Origin: Chthoniobacter flavus | Lineage (GTDB): Bacteria; Verrucomicrobiota; Verrucomicrobiia; Chthoniobacterales; Chthoniobacteraceae | Length of the DNA stretch: 64,000 bases | Reading direction: 5' to 3' | NCBI GenBank assembly: GCA_945860355.1 | Contig: CAMARB010000001.1 | Coordinates: 459-64,458 of the forward strand | Shown here: piece by piece, positions 17,768 to 26,550 of the stretch | Position numbering within the stretch: position 1 is the first letter of the stretch | Layout: every line of letters begins with the position of its first letter | The notes under the pieces: generated by a model | What the model saw: only the letters and a program-made list of their open reading frames with translations | Database searches by the model: none | What the model was told of the DNA's origin: nothing | Program-made: the position numbers and the translations under genes

Positions 17768-20436
17768 CACTCGGCGGCTTTGGCCCGGCTGCGTTCCCCG
17801 TGGACGCGCTTGAGGTCGCAATGGATTCCGGCCGCGATGACGAGGTCGGCGACGCGGCGTTTCAGGCGCCATGCGCGGCGCAGCAGCCACAGTGCAAAGA
17901 GCGCGTAAGCCGTCCACCACCAAGGATCACGGTTCGGAGTGAACGCTAGCCGATAACACAGCGCCGAGAGGACGATGAAGTTGATCAGGAAAGTGGTGGC
18001 GACCATGCGGGTTCTGAGCTGGACCCGTGTCAGGCATTTGGGCCCGCCGTGGTACTCGGTGACGGTGTGCAGCTGAATACTCCACCACTGCGTCCCGTAG
18101 ATTTGGACATCCCAGCTTTTCCAACCGGTGTCGGCCGAGTAACGCCAGTCCTCAGCCTCAAGCAGAGCGAAGATTTCTTTGAGCAGGCGCTCGCGGCCCT
18201 GGCCGGTTTCGTTCCAGAAATCGAGCCGGGAAATGCTGCCTTGGTGGCTGGCCGGAGTCAGGTCCGCTTCGGGCGCGGCAATGACTTTGGCCGGGGTTTG
18301 TTTGTATTTGAGCCAGGTGAAATACCGGGCCCATCCCCGGCCCAGCGGTTGAACCAACGCCAGAAAAGCCACCAGCAAGCGCGCCCGGATCGTGTCGAAC
18401 TTGGGTTCGATCTTGGCGTTTACCATGAAGCTCAGCGCCACAAGGAAAGTGCCGCCGAACATGAGCAGCGGCACAATCCGCAGGTTGGGGAAGGCCACGG
18501 TGACCAGGAAAATAAACGCCGTGAGAGCCACCCATTCGATGCTGCCCAGGTAGGCCGCCACCACACTCTGGGAGGCGGGATAGATGGACTGGAAGAGGCC
18601 TTCGCCAAAAACGCCGTGATAAATCACCGGGCGATTGAGCAGCCAGGTAAAGCGGGGCGCCCCGTAGATCTGGCCCTTCCACTTCGCCTGGCCCGTCGGG
18701 CCGAAGAAAATGAGATGCTGGAAACGCAGCATGGCCTCGGCCTCGCCGTAGCCCTCCTGCTGTTTCCGGAACGCCTGGAGCGTGAACCGCCGGTAGTGCC
18801 ACACAATGGCGCTCGGACTAAACGCGATCACGCCTCCGCTGGTCTGCAGACGCCAGCAGAAATCCACGTCGTCGCCGGCCTTGCGGTACTCTGCGTCGAA
18901 CCCGCCGACGCTCTCAAACGCCCAGCGATGGAACGCCATGTTGCAGCCCGGGATGTGCTCGGCCACCACGTCCGTGAGCAGCACATGGCTGGGCCCGCCG
19001 GGCGCCGCCGCCACCGCCGCCTGGATCCAGTCGGCTGCGGGCGGTGAGATGTTCGGGCCGCCCACGCCGGCGTAGTCGCCGCTAAGCAACGTGCCGACCA
19101 GATAATACAACCAGTCCGGGTCCGGCATACAGTCCGAGTCGGTGTATGCGAAAATATCGCCCTTGGCGGCCCGCGCGCCCACGTTGCGGGCGTAACTCAG
19201 GCCCATGTTGGGCTGGATGATGTTTTGGAACTCCGGAAGCGCGTTGCCGGAGGCGACGGGGCGGCCGGCGAGCCAACGCTGCACAATGTCCTGGGTGTCG
19301 TCCTTGGATCCGTCATCGACGAGCACGATTTCGAAGTTCGGATACTGGACCTCATCGAGGGCCCTCAGGCAGTCGCCCAGGGTTTTTCCGCCGTTGTAGC
19401 TGCAAACAATCACCGAGACCTTCGGGTAGGAGGGCAGCTGCACCCTGGCGGTGATCAATTCCGCGCCGGCCAGCTTCAACCGCAACCGCTCAAACGCCAG
19501 CTTGGGCTGGCGATCCCGGGTGACGAGCCCGAACTCCCAGTCGGTGATTTCGTGGCCGCCGGTGAACCATTCGTCGGTCCAAGAGAAAAAGATGGTTCCG
19601 GCCGCGCCGCCGCGGACGACCACGTCGAGATGCCAGTCGAGAACTTCGGCCTGCATCTCCTGTCCTTTTCGCAGGGTGTCGAGGCCGAACTCCCCCAAAA
19701 TCATGGGTTTATCCTCGGCCAAATTCTGGAGCCGGGCCAGGTAGCGCTCGAAATCCGCGCGGCGCTCCAGGTAGACGTTGAAGCTGAAGAAATCGACGTT
19801 TTGGGGGAGGAGATACTCCGTGGGCGGGTAGCTCGCGTAGCTGTAAAGGGGGCGGGGATCGGTTTGCCGGGCAACCGAGACGAGTTTTTCGAGGAACTCG
19901 ATGACCCGCCGGGCTCCGAGCCAGCGCACCATCGTGGTGGGAACCTCGTTTCCAACCAGGTAGGCGAAAATCGCGGGATGCCCTTTGTGTTTGGCCACCG
20001 CCGTGCGGATGGTCTGGATGATCTGGGCCCGCAGTTTGCGGTTGTTGAGAAACTCCACGTGCTGAGTCCAGGGGATGGAGATCATCACGCGCAGCCCGAA
20101 CTCCGCGGCCAGATCCAGCAGCCAACGCGGCGGCACGTGGTAGACGCGGATGAGGTTGACGCCCAGCTCCCGCATCAGCCTGAAGTCCTCCCGGGCCTGC
20201 TCGGGGGATGCGGTCAGGTCGCCGTCGGCGTTGGGATGAAACGGGCCGTAAGTAACCCCTTTGAGAAACCACTTGCGGTCTCCCTCAAAGAAAAACTTGG
20301 CTCGGACCCGGATGGGCAGGAGTTCGGGAACGCTGGTGAGGGCGGGGCTGGGCGCAGGGGTGGCAGACATGAAAGAGCCGGTTTTCTTAATGGCCGGAGG
20401 CTTTTGCGGCAACATCGCCGAGAGGCCAATCGCCAA
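17767..20436 (-). CDS. Fusion protein: clan GH-A TIM-barrel glycoside hydrolase + family 2 glycosyltransferase + C-terminal multi-TM domain
   Basis: N-terminal NE acid/base (YLVGNEV) and nucleophile (MILGEFG) motifs. The central GT2 has VSVIVCSYNGGKT, VDDGSKDDT, YTDSDCMPD, GCNMAFHRWAF and GDDVDFCWRL. At least 5 hydrophobic helices follow aa 600. The start could be 20436, 20415 or 20370. Confidence 0.8.
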   Translation of the reverse strand: MAIGLSAMLPQKPPAIKKTGSFMSATPAPSPALTSVPELLPIRVRAKFFFEGDRKWFLKGVTYGPFHPNADGDLTASPEQAREDFRLMRELGVNLIRVYHVPPRWLLDLAAEFGLRVMISIPWTQHVEFLNNRKLRAQIIQTIRTAVAKHKGHPAIFAYLVGNEVPTTMVRWLGARRVIEFLEKLVSVARQTDPRPLYSYASYPPTEYLLPQNVDFFSFNVYLERRADFERYLARLQNLAEDKPMILGEFGLDTLRKGQEMQAEVLDWHLDVVVRGGAAGTIFFSWTDEWFTGGHEITDWEFGLVTRDRQPKLAFERLRLKLAGAELITARVQLPSYPKVSVIVCSYNGGKTLGDCLRALDEVQYPNFEIVLVDDGSKDDTQDIVQRWLAGRPVASGNALPEFQNIIQPNMGLSYARNVGARAAKGDIFAYTDSDCMPDPDWLYYLVGTLLSGDYAGVGGPNISPPAADWIQAAVAAAPGGPSHVLLTDVVAEHIPGCNMAFHRWAFESVGGFDAEYRKAGDDVDFCWRLQTSGGVIAFSPSAIVWHYRRFTLQAFRKQQEGYGEAEAMLRFQHLIFFGPTGQAKWKGQIYGAPRFTWLLNRPVIYHGVFGEGLFQSIYPASQSVVAAYLGSIEWVALTAFIFLVTVAFPNLRIVPLLMFGGTFLVALSFMVNAKIEPKFDTIRARLLVAFLALVQPLGRGWARYFTWLKYKQTPAKVIAAPEADLTPASHQGSISRLDFWNETGQGRERLLKEIFALLEAEDWRYSADTGWKSWDVQIYGTQWWSIQLHTVTEYHGGPKCLTRVQLRTRMVATTFLINFIVLSALCYRLAFTPNRDPWWWTAYALFALWLLRRAWRLKRRVADLVIAAGIHCDLKRVHGERSRAKAAE

Positions 20437-20496
20437 AACCTCCGTTTTTTTCGTTCGGGTTCAAAGTCAATCCTCCGAGTCTCTGAGACCCTTTGC

Positions 20497-21777
20497 TCAC
20501 AGGGCCGCGAGCGCGGCGGAGGCCACTTCGGTGGTGCGTTCGAAGTCCGCCTCCGAGTGGGCCAGGGAGAGAAAGCCCGCCTCAAATTGCGACGGGGCGA
20601 AATACACCCCCGCCTCCCGGCACGCGTGGAAATAGCGGGCGAACCCCGCGCGATCACTGCGCTGGGCGTCCGCCAGGTTCCAGACCGGGCCGCTCGTGAA
20701 ATAGAGGCAGAACATCGAGCCGATTCTCTGGAACGTGTAATCGCGGCCCGATTTGCGCAGCGCGAACCGGACCCCCTCCTCGAATTGAGCGCCGAGCTCC
20801 TCCAGCCGCCTCCAGCCATCGAGCCGTTCGAGCTCCCGGAGCTGGGCAAGCCCGGCCGCCATCGCCAAGGGGTTTCCAGAGAGTGTGCCGGCTTGATACA
20901 CCGGGCCATCCGGCGAGAGCTCATTCATCAGATCCGCTCTCCCCCCAAACGCGCCCACCGGCAGCCCGCCTCCGATCACTTTGCCCAAGGCGGTCAGGTC
21001 CGGCACGATGCCGCAACGCTCCTGGTAGCCGCCCCGGGCGAGCCGAAATCCGGTCATCACCTCATCGAAAATCAGCACGGTTCCGTGCGCTGTGCAAAGT
21101 TCCCGGAGAAGTTCCAGGTAGCCCGGCTTGGGCAGGTAAAGCCCGGCGTTGGCCGGCACGGGTTCGACGATCACGGCGGCGATTTCCCGGCCTTGCGCCG
21201 CAAAAACCGTTCTGAGGGCTTCCGGGTCGTTGTAAGGCAGCGTGAGCGTTAACGCGGCCAGGTCTTTTGGGATCCCCGCGCTGTCGGGTTGTCCGTGGGT
21301 GAGCGCGCCGCTGCCGGCTTTCACGAGCAGGGAATCCACATGCCCGTGGTAACAGCCCTCGAACTTCAGAAGTTTCTCCCGTCCCGTCGCACCGCGGGCC
21401 AGCCGGATCGCGGACATGGTGGCCTCGGTGCCGCTGTTGACCATCCGCACCTTCTCAATGGAAGGCACCCATTGGACGATGGTCCGGGCCATTTCCACCT
21501 CCAACGGGTTGGGAATCCCAAAGCTCACCCCCCGGAGGGCCGCTTGGGAGATGGCCGTCTGGATGGATGCCGGCGCGTGTCCCAGGATCGCCGGCCCCCA
21601 AGTGCCCACGTAATCAATGTAGGCCTTGCCGTCCACATCCCAGATTTTGGCGCCCTCGGCGCGATCCACGAAAAACGGTTCGCCTCCCACCCCGCGAAAG
21701 GCGCGCACGGGGGAATTAACGCCGCCGGGAATCCACTGGCGGGCTTCACGGAAAAGAGCTTGGGAACGTGTGGGCAT
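20497..21777 (-). CDS. hemL: Glutamate-1-semialdehyde 2,1-aminomutase
   Basis: [32 protein letters not shown]..., FDEVMTGFR, and the PLP Lys region [19 protein letters not shown]. Confidence 0.95.
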   Translation of the reverse strand: MPTRSQALFREARQWIPGGVNSPVRAFRGVGGEPFFVDRAEGAKIWDVDGKAYIDYVGTWGPAILGHAPASIQTAISQAALRGVSFGIPNPLEVEMARTIVQWVPSIEKVRMVNSGTEATMSAIRLARGATGREKLLKFEGCYHGHVDSLLVKAGSGALTHGQPDSAGIPKDLAALTLTLPYNDPEALRTVFAAQGREIAAVIVEPVPANAGLYLPKPGYLELLRELCTAHGTVLIFDEVMTGFRLARGGYQERCGIVPDLTALGKVIGGGLPVGAFGGRADLMNELSPDGPVYQAGTLSGNPLAMAAGLAQLRELERLDGWRRLEELGAQFEEGVRFALRKSGRDYTFQRIGSMFCLYFTSGPVWNLADAQRSDRAGFARYFHACREAGVYFAPSQFEAGFLSLAHSEADFERTTEVASAALAAL

Positions 21778-21956
21778 GATGTGGGAAATTCGCCCCTTTC
21801 TATGGCAGCGAGGCTGGCCGGGCTCAACCCCCATCATAGATTTACTCACCCCCGGACACGGGCCTCGCCGGGCGGCAAATGGCGGCGCGCGAAGTTTTCA
21901 CCGTTCTCGCCCGTTGACGAGAGGGGGTAAGTTCGCTTATCAACACCCGCTCCTGT

Positions 21957-22028
21957 GGCGGGGTCGCCAAGTGGTAAGGCTCGGCTCTGCAAAAGCCGCA
22001 TCCGTGGGTTCGATTCCCACCCCCGCCT
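21957..22028 (+). tRNA. tRNA-Cys (GCA)
   Basis: Hand-folded cloverleaf. Acceptor GGCGGGG/CCCCGCC, D arm GCC-AAGTGGTAA-GGC, anticodon stem CGGCT/AGCCG with loop CTGCAAA, T arm GTGGG-TTCGATT-CCCAC. CCA is not encoded. Confidence 0.9.
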
Positions 22029-22045
22029 CTCAGGTGAACAGTTTT

Positions 22046-22155
22046 CCACTCGGCTCCACTCGGCTCCACTCGGCTCCACTCGGCTCCACTCGGCTCCACT
22101 CGGCTCCACTCGGCTCCACTCGGCTCCACTCGGCTCCAAGCGGCTCCAAGCGGCT
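22046..22155. repeat. 10-bp head-to-tail tandem array: 9 x CCACTCGGCT + 2 x CCAAGCGGCT
   Basis: Read directly. The array begins 17 nt after the tRNA-Cys 3' end. The unit length is not a multiple of 3, and all ORFs crossing it are periodic artefacts. Confidence 0.95.
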
Positions 22156-22434
22156 CCCGGTGATGGTCTCCGCCCGGCATCTTCTGTTCCCTGGCCCAAG
22201 TTTCACACCGAGACTTCAGACGGCATTCCTCAAGCTGAGTTTCCAGAGACCCTCTGAATTCTCCGGAAGTTCTCTCAAACCGAGAAAATATTTCAAATTT
22301 GAGTCAAAAGTGTGGTCCCAAGTTCTGCTAGGAATGCCTCCGGCGGGCCGGGTCTGACCGGCTTCCTTGAACCCTCACAATACTTTTACAAGAAACGCGG
22401 CGCGGCATAGCTCCTGCCTCTCTTTGGTCCCGAG

Positions 22435-23406
22435 ATGAATCCCCTCAACTCCAGCGTGAATGTTCACGCTTGTCCCCACTGCCGCACCTTGATGCGGGTC
22501 CGCGGGGCGCGTGTTTTTAGCCCGGTCGCCTGCGCAAACTGCGGGGATCTGGTGCTGCTGAGGGCGGATATCGGCAGGTTCCGGCTGATGCATCCGCTGG
22601 CGCGGACCGGTTTGGGGCAGTTTTTCAGGGCATTCGATCGGCAATGGGGGCGCGAAGCGGTCATCAAGGTTCTGCAGCTGCCCATGGTGATCCTCGACTC
22701 CGACGGCGCCCGTTTTTATTCCGCCTTGGAGGCGTTGATGGGCCTGAATCATCCCCATTGCGCGCAGATTTACGACGGCGGTATCGAGTCCGGCTTCGCG
22801 TTCATCGCGCGCGAGGTCTTGTCGGGGGGAAGCCTCGCCGCACGCATCCAAGAACGGCGCCGGTTGGGGTTGCTTGAGGTTCTGGAAATCGGCCTTCAGG
22901 CGGCCGAAGGTCTGCGGGCCGCTTGGGAGTGCGGGCTGACGCATCGCAATCTTTGCCCCGAAAAACTCCAGTTCGCCGCCAATGGCGCCTTGAAGGTGAC
23001 CGGATTTGCCGCGGCGGTCATCTACGAGATAGTGGCCGCGGAGGGGGGATTCTCTTTCGGACGCAATTGTTACCTGCCCCCGGAGCGTTTGCACCACGAG
23101 GGTGAGGATGATCGATCGGATATCTACACGCTGGGCGTCATTCTCCTACAGGCTCTCAGCGGCACGGTCGCCTACGAGGGCGAGGTGAATGGGGAGCATT
23201 TACTCGAGAGGATGGAAAACGAGCCGTTGCGGGTTGAAAGCTTTCTCCCTGCGGTTCCCTCCGAGGCGGCCTCCGCCATCAATCGCATGGTGTGCGCTTC
23301 CCAATGGCAACGGTTCCAGAATTGGGATGAGGTGATTGTGGCGCTCTCGGTTGCCCGGCATGCCGTTTACGAGCGTTTCTCGGCCGTTTCCGGCTCCCTG
23401 GCTTGA
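22435..23406 (+). CDS. Zinc-ribbon + Ser/Thr-kinase-like domain protein (predicted pseudokinase)
   Basis: N-terminal CPHC..CANC ribbon. The kinase fold is recognisable (AVIKV, HPHCAQIYD, YLPPER, DIYTLGVIL), but the catalytic loop is HRNLCPEK (not HRDLKPxN) and DFG is replaced by TGFA. Confidence 0.75.
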   Translation: MNPLNSSVNVHACPHCRTLMRVRGARVFSPVACANCGDLVLLRADIGRFRLMHPLARTGLGQFFRAFDRQWGREAVIKVLQLPMVILDSDGARFYSALEALMGLNHPHCAQIYDGGIESGFAFIAREVLSGGSLAARIQERRRLGLLEVLEIGLQAAEGLRAAWECGLTHRNLCPEKLQFAANGALKVTGFAAAVIYEIVAAEGGFSFGRNCYLPPERLHHEGEDDRSDIYTLGVILLQALSGTVAYEGEVNGEHLLERMENEPLRVESFLPAVPSEAASAINRMVCASQWQRFQNWDEVIVALSVARHAVYERFSAVSGSLA

Positions 23407-23464
23407 GTGAAGCGGTTCCGACCGCAGGTGCCGGTGGAACATCAAAGGCAAAAAGGCAAAAAAA

Positions 23465-23504
23465 GAGCGGGCGAATTGCTCAAATTGAACAATCACGCCC
23501 GCCT
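23465..23504 (-). terminator. Possible terminator for the LRR gene 3' UTR
   Basis: On the minus strand, stem GGCGGGCG..CGCCCGC(T)C (7 bp plus a 4-bp extension) is followed by TTTTTTTGCCTTTTTGCC. It lies ~170 nt after the stop, and the loop is large. Confidence 0.45.
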
Positions 23505-23673
23505 GTTCCCCCCGGAACACTGAGTCAATCGCTTGGAGGGCCGAGTCCTTAGGAAATCTTTAAAAAACTTCATTCTGGAGCCCGGGGCGGCGATTCAGCC
23601 GATTAAAGCGCGCTTAAACGGCCACCGTTGCCTGGGGTAAACCGCCCCGCGTGCGGGTTTTCGGCCGCCGGGC

Positions 23674-25860
23674 TTACCGAACGATCCTGAGCTCAGGAGC
23701 CCATTTTTCCGCTTCCAGCTCCGCCTTGCGGGTGACCGCGGTGTGCGAGACATGAAGCTCCCTCAAGCTCTTCATTTCTCTGATCTTGGTGAGTCCCTCG
23801 TCGGTGATCGCCGTGCCGCTAAGGTCGAGACGGCTCAGATTTCTTAGCCGGAGCAGCCCCTCGATCTCCGAGTCGCTGAAATTCCCCCGAGGAAGCAAAA
23901 GCGTTTGGAGATCCGTGATCTTGCCAAGGGCATCTGCGGCACCGGGGCCGAGTTTCACCGAGGGGAGGGATAAACTCTTGAGGTTGCGCATGTCCGCCAG
24001 GTTTTCGATTTGCTCCGCGCCAACTTCCGGGCCGGTGATCTCTAAGAACTCCAGTTGCGAGAGATTTTTCACGATGCTTTGAACTGCCTCGGCGAAACCG
24101 GGCCGGGAGCTTGAAAGAAAGTCCAGCCGTTCGAGCTGCCGAAGCGGGGCAAGGGATGCAACACCCGAGGCGCTGACCTGGGTGTTCCGAATGTCCATAA
24201 AACGGAGGGAGTGGACCCGGCTGAGATGCTCGATTCCGGAGTCCGTTAGTTTGGTAGCCGAGAGGTTGAGTCGGGTGAGTTTGTGCAGTTCAAAAAAGTG
24301 GTCGAACCCTTCACCCGTGATCTCCAGTCGGCTCAGATCCAGGGACTCCAGCTCGTCCAAATTGGCGAGGTATACGATGCCCTCGTCGGTGACCCGCGTT
24401 CCCGACAGGCTGAGTTGCTCGATCTTGCGCAGTTTCGAAATCTGCCGAAGCCCCTCGTCGGTGAACCCGCATTGGTCGAGTCTGAGCGACCGCAGGGAGC
24501 GCATCGTGGCCAGATGGGCAACTCCCGCATCCTTGATTGGCGTGTATGAAACGTCGAGCGATGTGACATGACGGAGCGTTGAGAGGGCCGCCGCGCCGGC
24601 GTCCGTGATACCGCTGTGTGCCAGATTCACCGCCTCGAGCCGGTCCATGTGGGTGAGACAACCCGCGGTCTGCGCCGTGATGTGTGGCGCCGAACGGATG
24701 GTCAACCGACGCAGGGTGTCAAAATGCTCAAGGCGCGGGATCAATTCGTCGGTAAAGTGCCCCCCTTCGAGGGTTAATTCTGCGAGCCCTTTCCATTCCT
24801 CGAGAAAACGCAAAGCCCTGTCGCCCACGTCAATTTGCCGCAAGATGAGCTTGGATGCGCCGCGCAGCGGGGCCAGCCGGTCAAAGTCGCTCTCGCCGAG
24901 CTCCGCTTTGAGCGTGCTCTGGTCCATCGCCACCAGAGAGAAACGAGGGCGTCCGCTGGGCAGTTGTTCGGGGGTCGTTAACGCGCGGTCGCCTTTTGTT
25001 CCTTTGATCCTCAACTCGGCTCCGATTGCCAGCAGCCACCGCACACTTCGGATCATGGCGGCACGGGATCGCTCCCACTCCTCGGGCGTCTCTCCTTCCC
25101 AGGGTTCTCCCTCGGCTACATCCGCCTCCACGGGCTTTTTTCCAGCGGGTCGCCGCCAATCGGCCAGGAGTTTTTCTCTCGCGCCTTTGACGAGGTCCGC
25201 CTCCTCGGGCCGGTCGCGCTGGACGAGCGCTTCCTCGTTTTTTGCGAGAATCTCGTCGCAGTGGGCTTGGAGGCTGCGGCACCTTTCCGCACGCTCTTTT
25301 TGGAGCAGCACAACCTTCCCGCGAAACTCCGCCCGCCACGTTTTGATGGATTCCGAGCGCGTGTCGTGATCCTCGTCGGGAATCGTGCGGCCGCGGGCGA
25401 TGAAATTGGCCTCCTCCTGCCTTCGGCGCTCGGTTTCCTCCTGCTCTTCGGTGGCATTGCGGGCGGTGAGCAATCCGTGGAGGAGTTTGAGGTAGCGTTC
25501 TTGCAGCGCTTGAATCCCGTCCTCAAAAGGCTGCTCCACCCGGGATCGATGCAGGGTTTGAAACTCTTCCTGGATCTGGGCTAACCATTTTTCAGTGGCC
25601 GCAGGGGCCGGGGTGCCTTTTTTTTCCGGCGCGGGGGACTCCCCTGGGGCGGTGGGAGCCCCGGGCGCAGCCCCTTCTCCGACGGGTTCCTGCAGCTTTG
25701 CCTCGGTGTCCGCTCTCAGAGGACTCTCCGTGGAGAGGATGCTGCTCAAAAGCGGGATGAGGAGGGCGGGTTTTACCCAGGCGAGGCGCCAGCTCCAAGG
25801 AGCGCTGCGAAGGCGAGCAGACGGGGGCGATTCCATTGCTGAGCCGGTAGCATTCGACAT
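23674..25860 (-). CDS. Secreted leucine-rich-repeat (RNI/F-box-LRR type) protein with an N-terminal coiled-coil region
   Basis: Signal-like N-terminus, a charged helical region (aa ~90-250), then ~16 repeats of ~24-25 aa with the pattern L..L..L.LS.T.ITD.G...L. Confidence 0.85.
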   Translation of the reverse strand: MSNATGSAMESPPSARLRSAPWSWRLAWVKPALLIPLLSSILSTESPLRADTEAKLQEPVGEGAAPGAPTAPGESPAPEKKGTPAPAATEKWLAQIQEEFQTLHRSRVEQPFEDGIQALQERYLKLLHGLLTARNATEEQEETERRRQEEANFIARGRTIPDEDHDTRSESIKTWRAEFRGKVVLLQKERAERCRSLQAHCDEILAKNEEALVQRDRPEEADLVKGAREKLLADWRRPAGKKPVEADVAEGEPWEGETPEEWERSRAAMIRSVRWLLAIGAELRIKGTKGDRALTTPEQLPSGRPRFSLVAMDQSTLKAELGESDFDRLAPLRGASKLILRQIDVGDRALRFLEEWKGLAELTLEGGHFTDELIPRLEHFDTLRRLTIRSAPHITAQTAGCLTHMDRLEAVNLAHSGITDAGAAALSTLRHVTSLDVSYTPIKDAGVAHLATMRSLRSLRLDQCGFTDEGLRQISKLRKIEQLSLSGTRVTDEGIVYLANLDELESLDLSRLEITGEGFDHFFELHKLTRLNLSATKLTDSGIEHLSRVHSLRFMDIRNTQVSASGVASLAPLRQLERLDFLSSSRPGFAEAVQSIVKNLSQLEFLEITGPEVGAEQIENLADMRNLKSLSLPSVKLGPGAADALGKITDLQTLLLPRGNFSDSEIEGLLRLRNLSRLDLSGTAITDEGLTKIREMKSLRELHVSHTAVTRKAELEAEKWAPELRIVR

Positions 25861-26013
25861 TCCAGATCTGGGGGGATTTTTTTACCCGCGCGGCAAGCCC
25901 CATTGAAAGCGGTGGCCGTGGCACGACCCCGGCTCTTGCCTCGCCTCATGAAATTCCAACCAAAAAGCGGCAGGATCGACCGGGGCCGGAAGTAGGGGGC
26001 AGGAACAACGCCG

Positions 26014-26550
26014 ATGTCCCCTCCCGCGCCCCTCGCCGAAAGCGATTTTCTGCGTCTCTTTGTGAAAAACGAGGAGGCCTTACGCGCGTTTGCCCGGGTC
26101 CTGTTGCCGACTTGGGAGTCGGTGGACGAGGTGATTCAGGAGGCCAGTGTGGTGATGTGGAGAAAGCTGACTCAGTTGGAATCCGCAGAGAGTTTTCTGC
26201 CTTGGGCAAAAGTCATTGTGCGGTTTGAGGCGCTGCGGCTGAGGCGCGATTTTGCCCGGGACCGGCATGTGTTTAGTGAGGAAGTCCTCGAGCTTCTCGC
26301 CTCCGAGGCCACGCGGGTGGAGGAGGATCGCTGGGAGCGCGAACGCGACGCCCTCGCGGTGTGTCTGGGACAACTCGCCCCGCACCATCGCGAGTTGGTG
26401 CTCGCGCCTTACGCCGGGGGCGGGCAGGTCTCCCGCATCGCCGAACAAACCGGGCGCTCCGTCAACAGCCTCTACAAGCTCCTGGGGCGGCTTCGCGAAA
26501 AGCTGGTGGTCTGCGTCGAGACGACACTCGCCGCGCCGGTCCGCTCATGA
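26014..26550 (+). CDS. ECF-type RNA polymerase sigma-70 family factor
   Basis: Region 2 (DEVIQEASVVMWRKL..FLPWAKVIVRFEALRLRR) and region 4 (LAPHHRELVLAPYAGGGQVSRIAEQTGRSVNSLYKLLGRLREKL); 178 aa. Confidence 0.9.
   Translation: MSPPAPLAESDFLRLFVKNEEALRAFARVLLPTWESVDEVIQEASVVMWRKLTQLESAESFLPWAKVIVRFEALRLRRDFARDRHVFSEEVLELLASEATRVEEDRWERERDALAVCLGQLAPHHRELVLAPYAGGGQVSRIAEQTGRSVNSLYKLLGRLREKLVVCVETTLAAPVRS

Noticed and set aside
19225-21252. 675-aa plus-strand ORF. Similar very long ORFs occur at 32018-34891 (+), 37849-39720 (-), 58883-60253 (-), 55506-56687 (-), 45217-46539 (+), 42271-43440 (+), 6414-7586 (+), 10949-12127 (+), 61151-62356 (-) and 62561-63895 (-).
   Set aside because: Each lies antisense to, or out of frame with, a gene that has unmistakable family motifs. 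Their translations are Arg/Gly/Pro/Ala-rich low-complexity strings with no motifs, as expected from stop-poor alternative frames in high-GC DNA.
22046-22155. The decamer array as a CRISPR locus, or as coding sequence (ORFs 21626-22357, 21842-22199 and 21955-22257 give STRLHSAPLG repeats).
   Set aside because: The units are contiguous with no spacers and are only 10 bp long, and there are no cas genes. The 10-bp period forces every frame into a 10-aa periodic artefact, and all three frames stay open, which argues against real coding.
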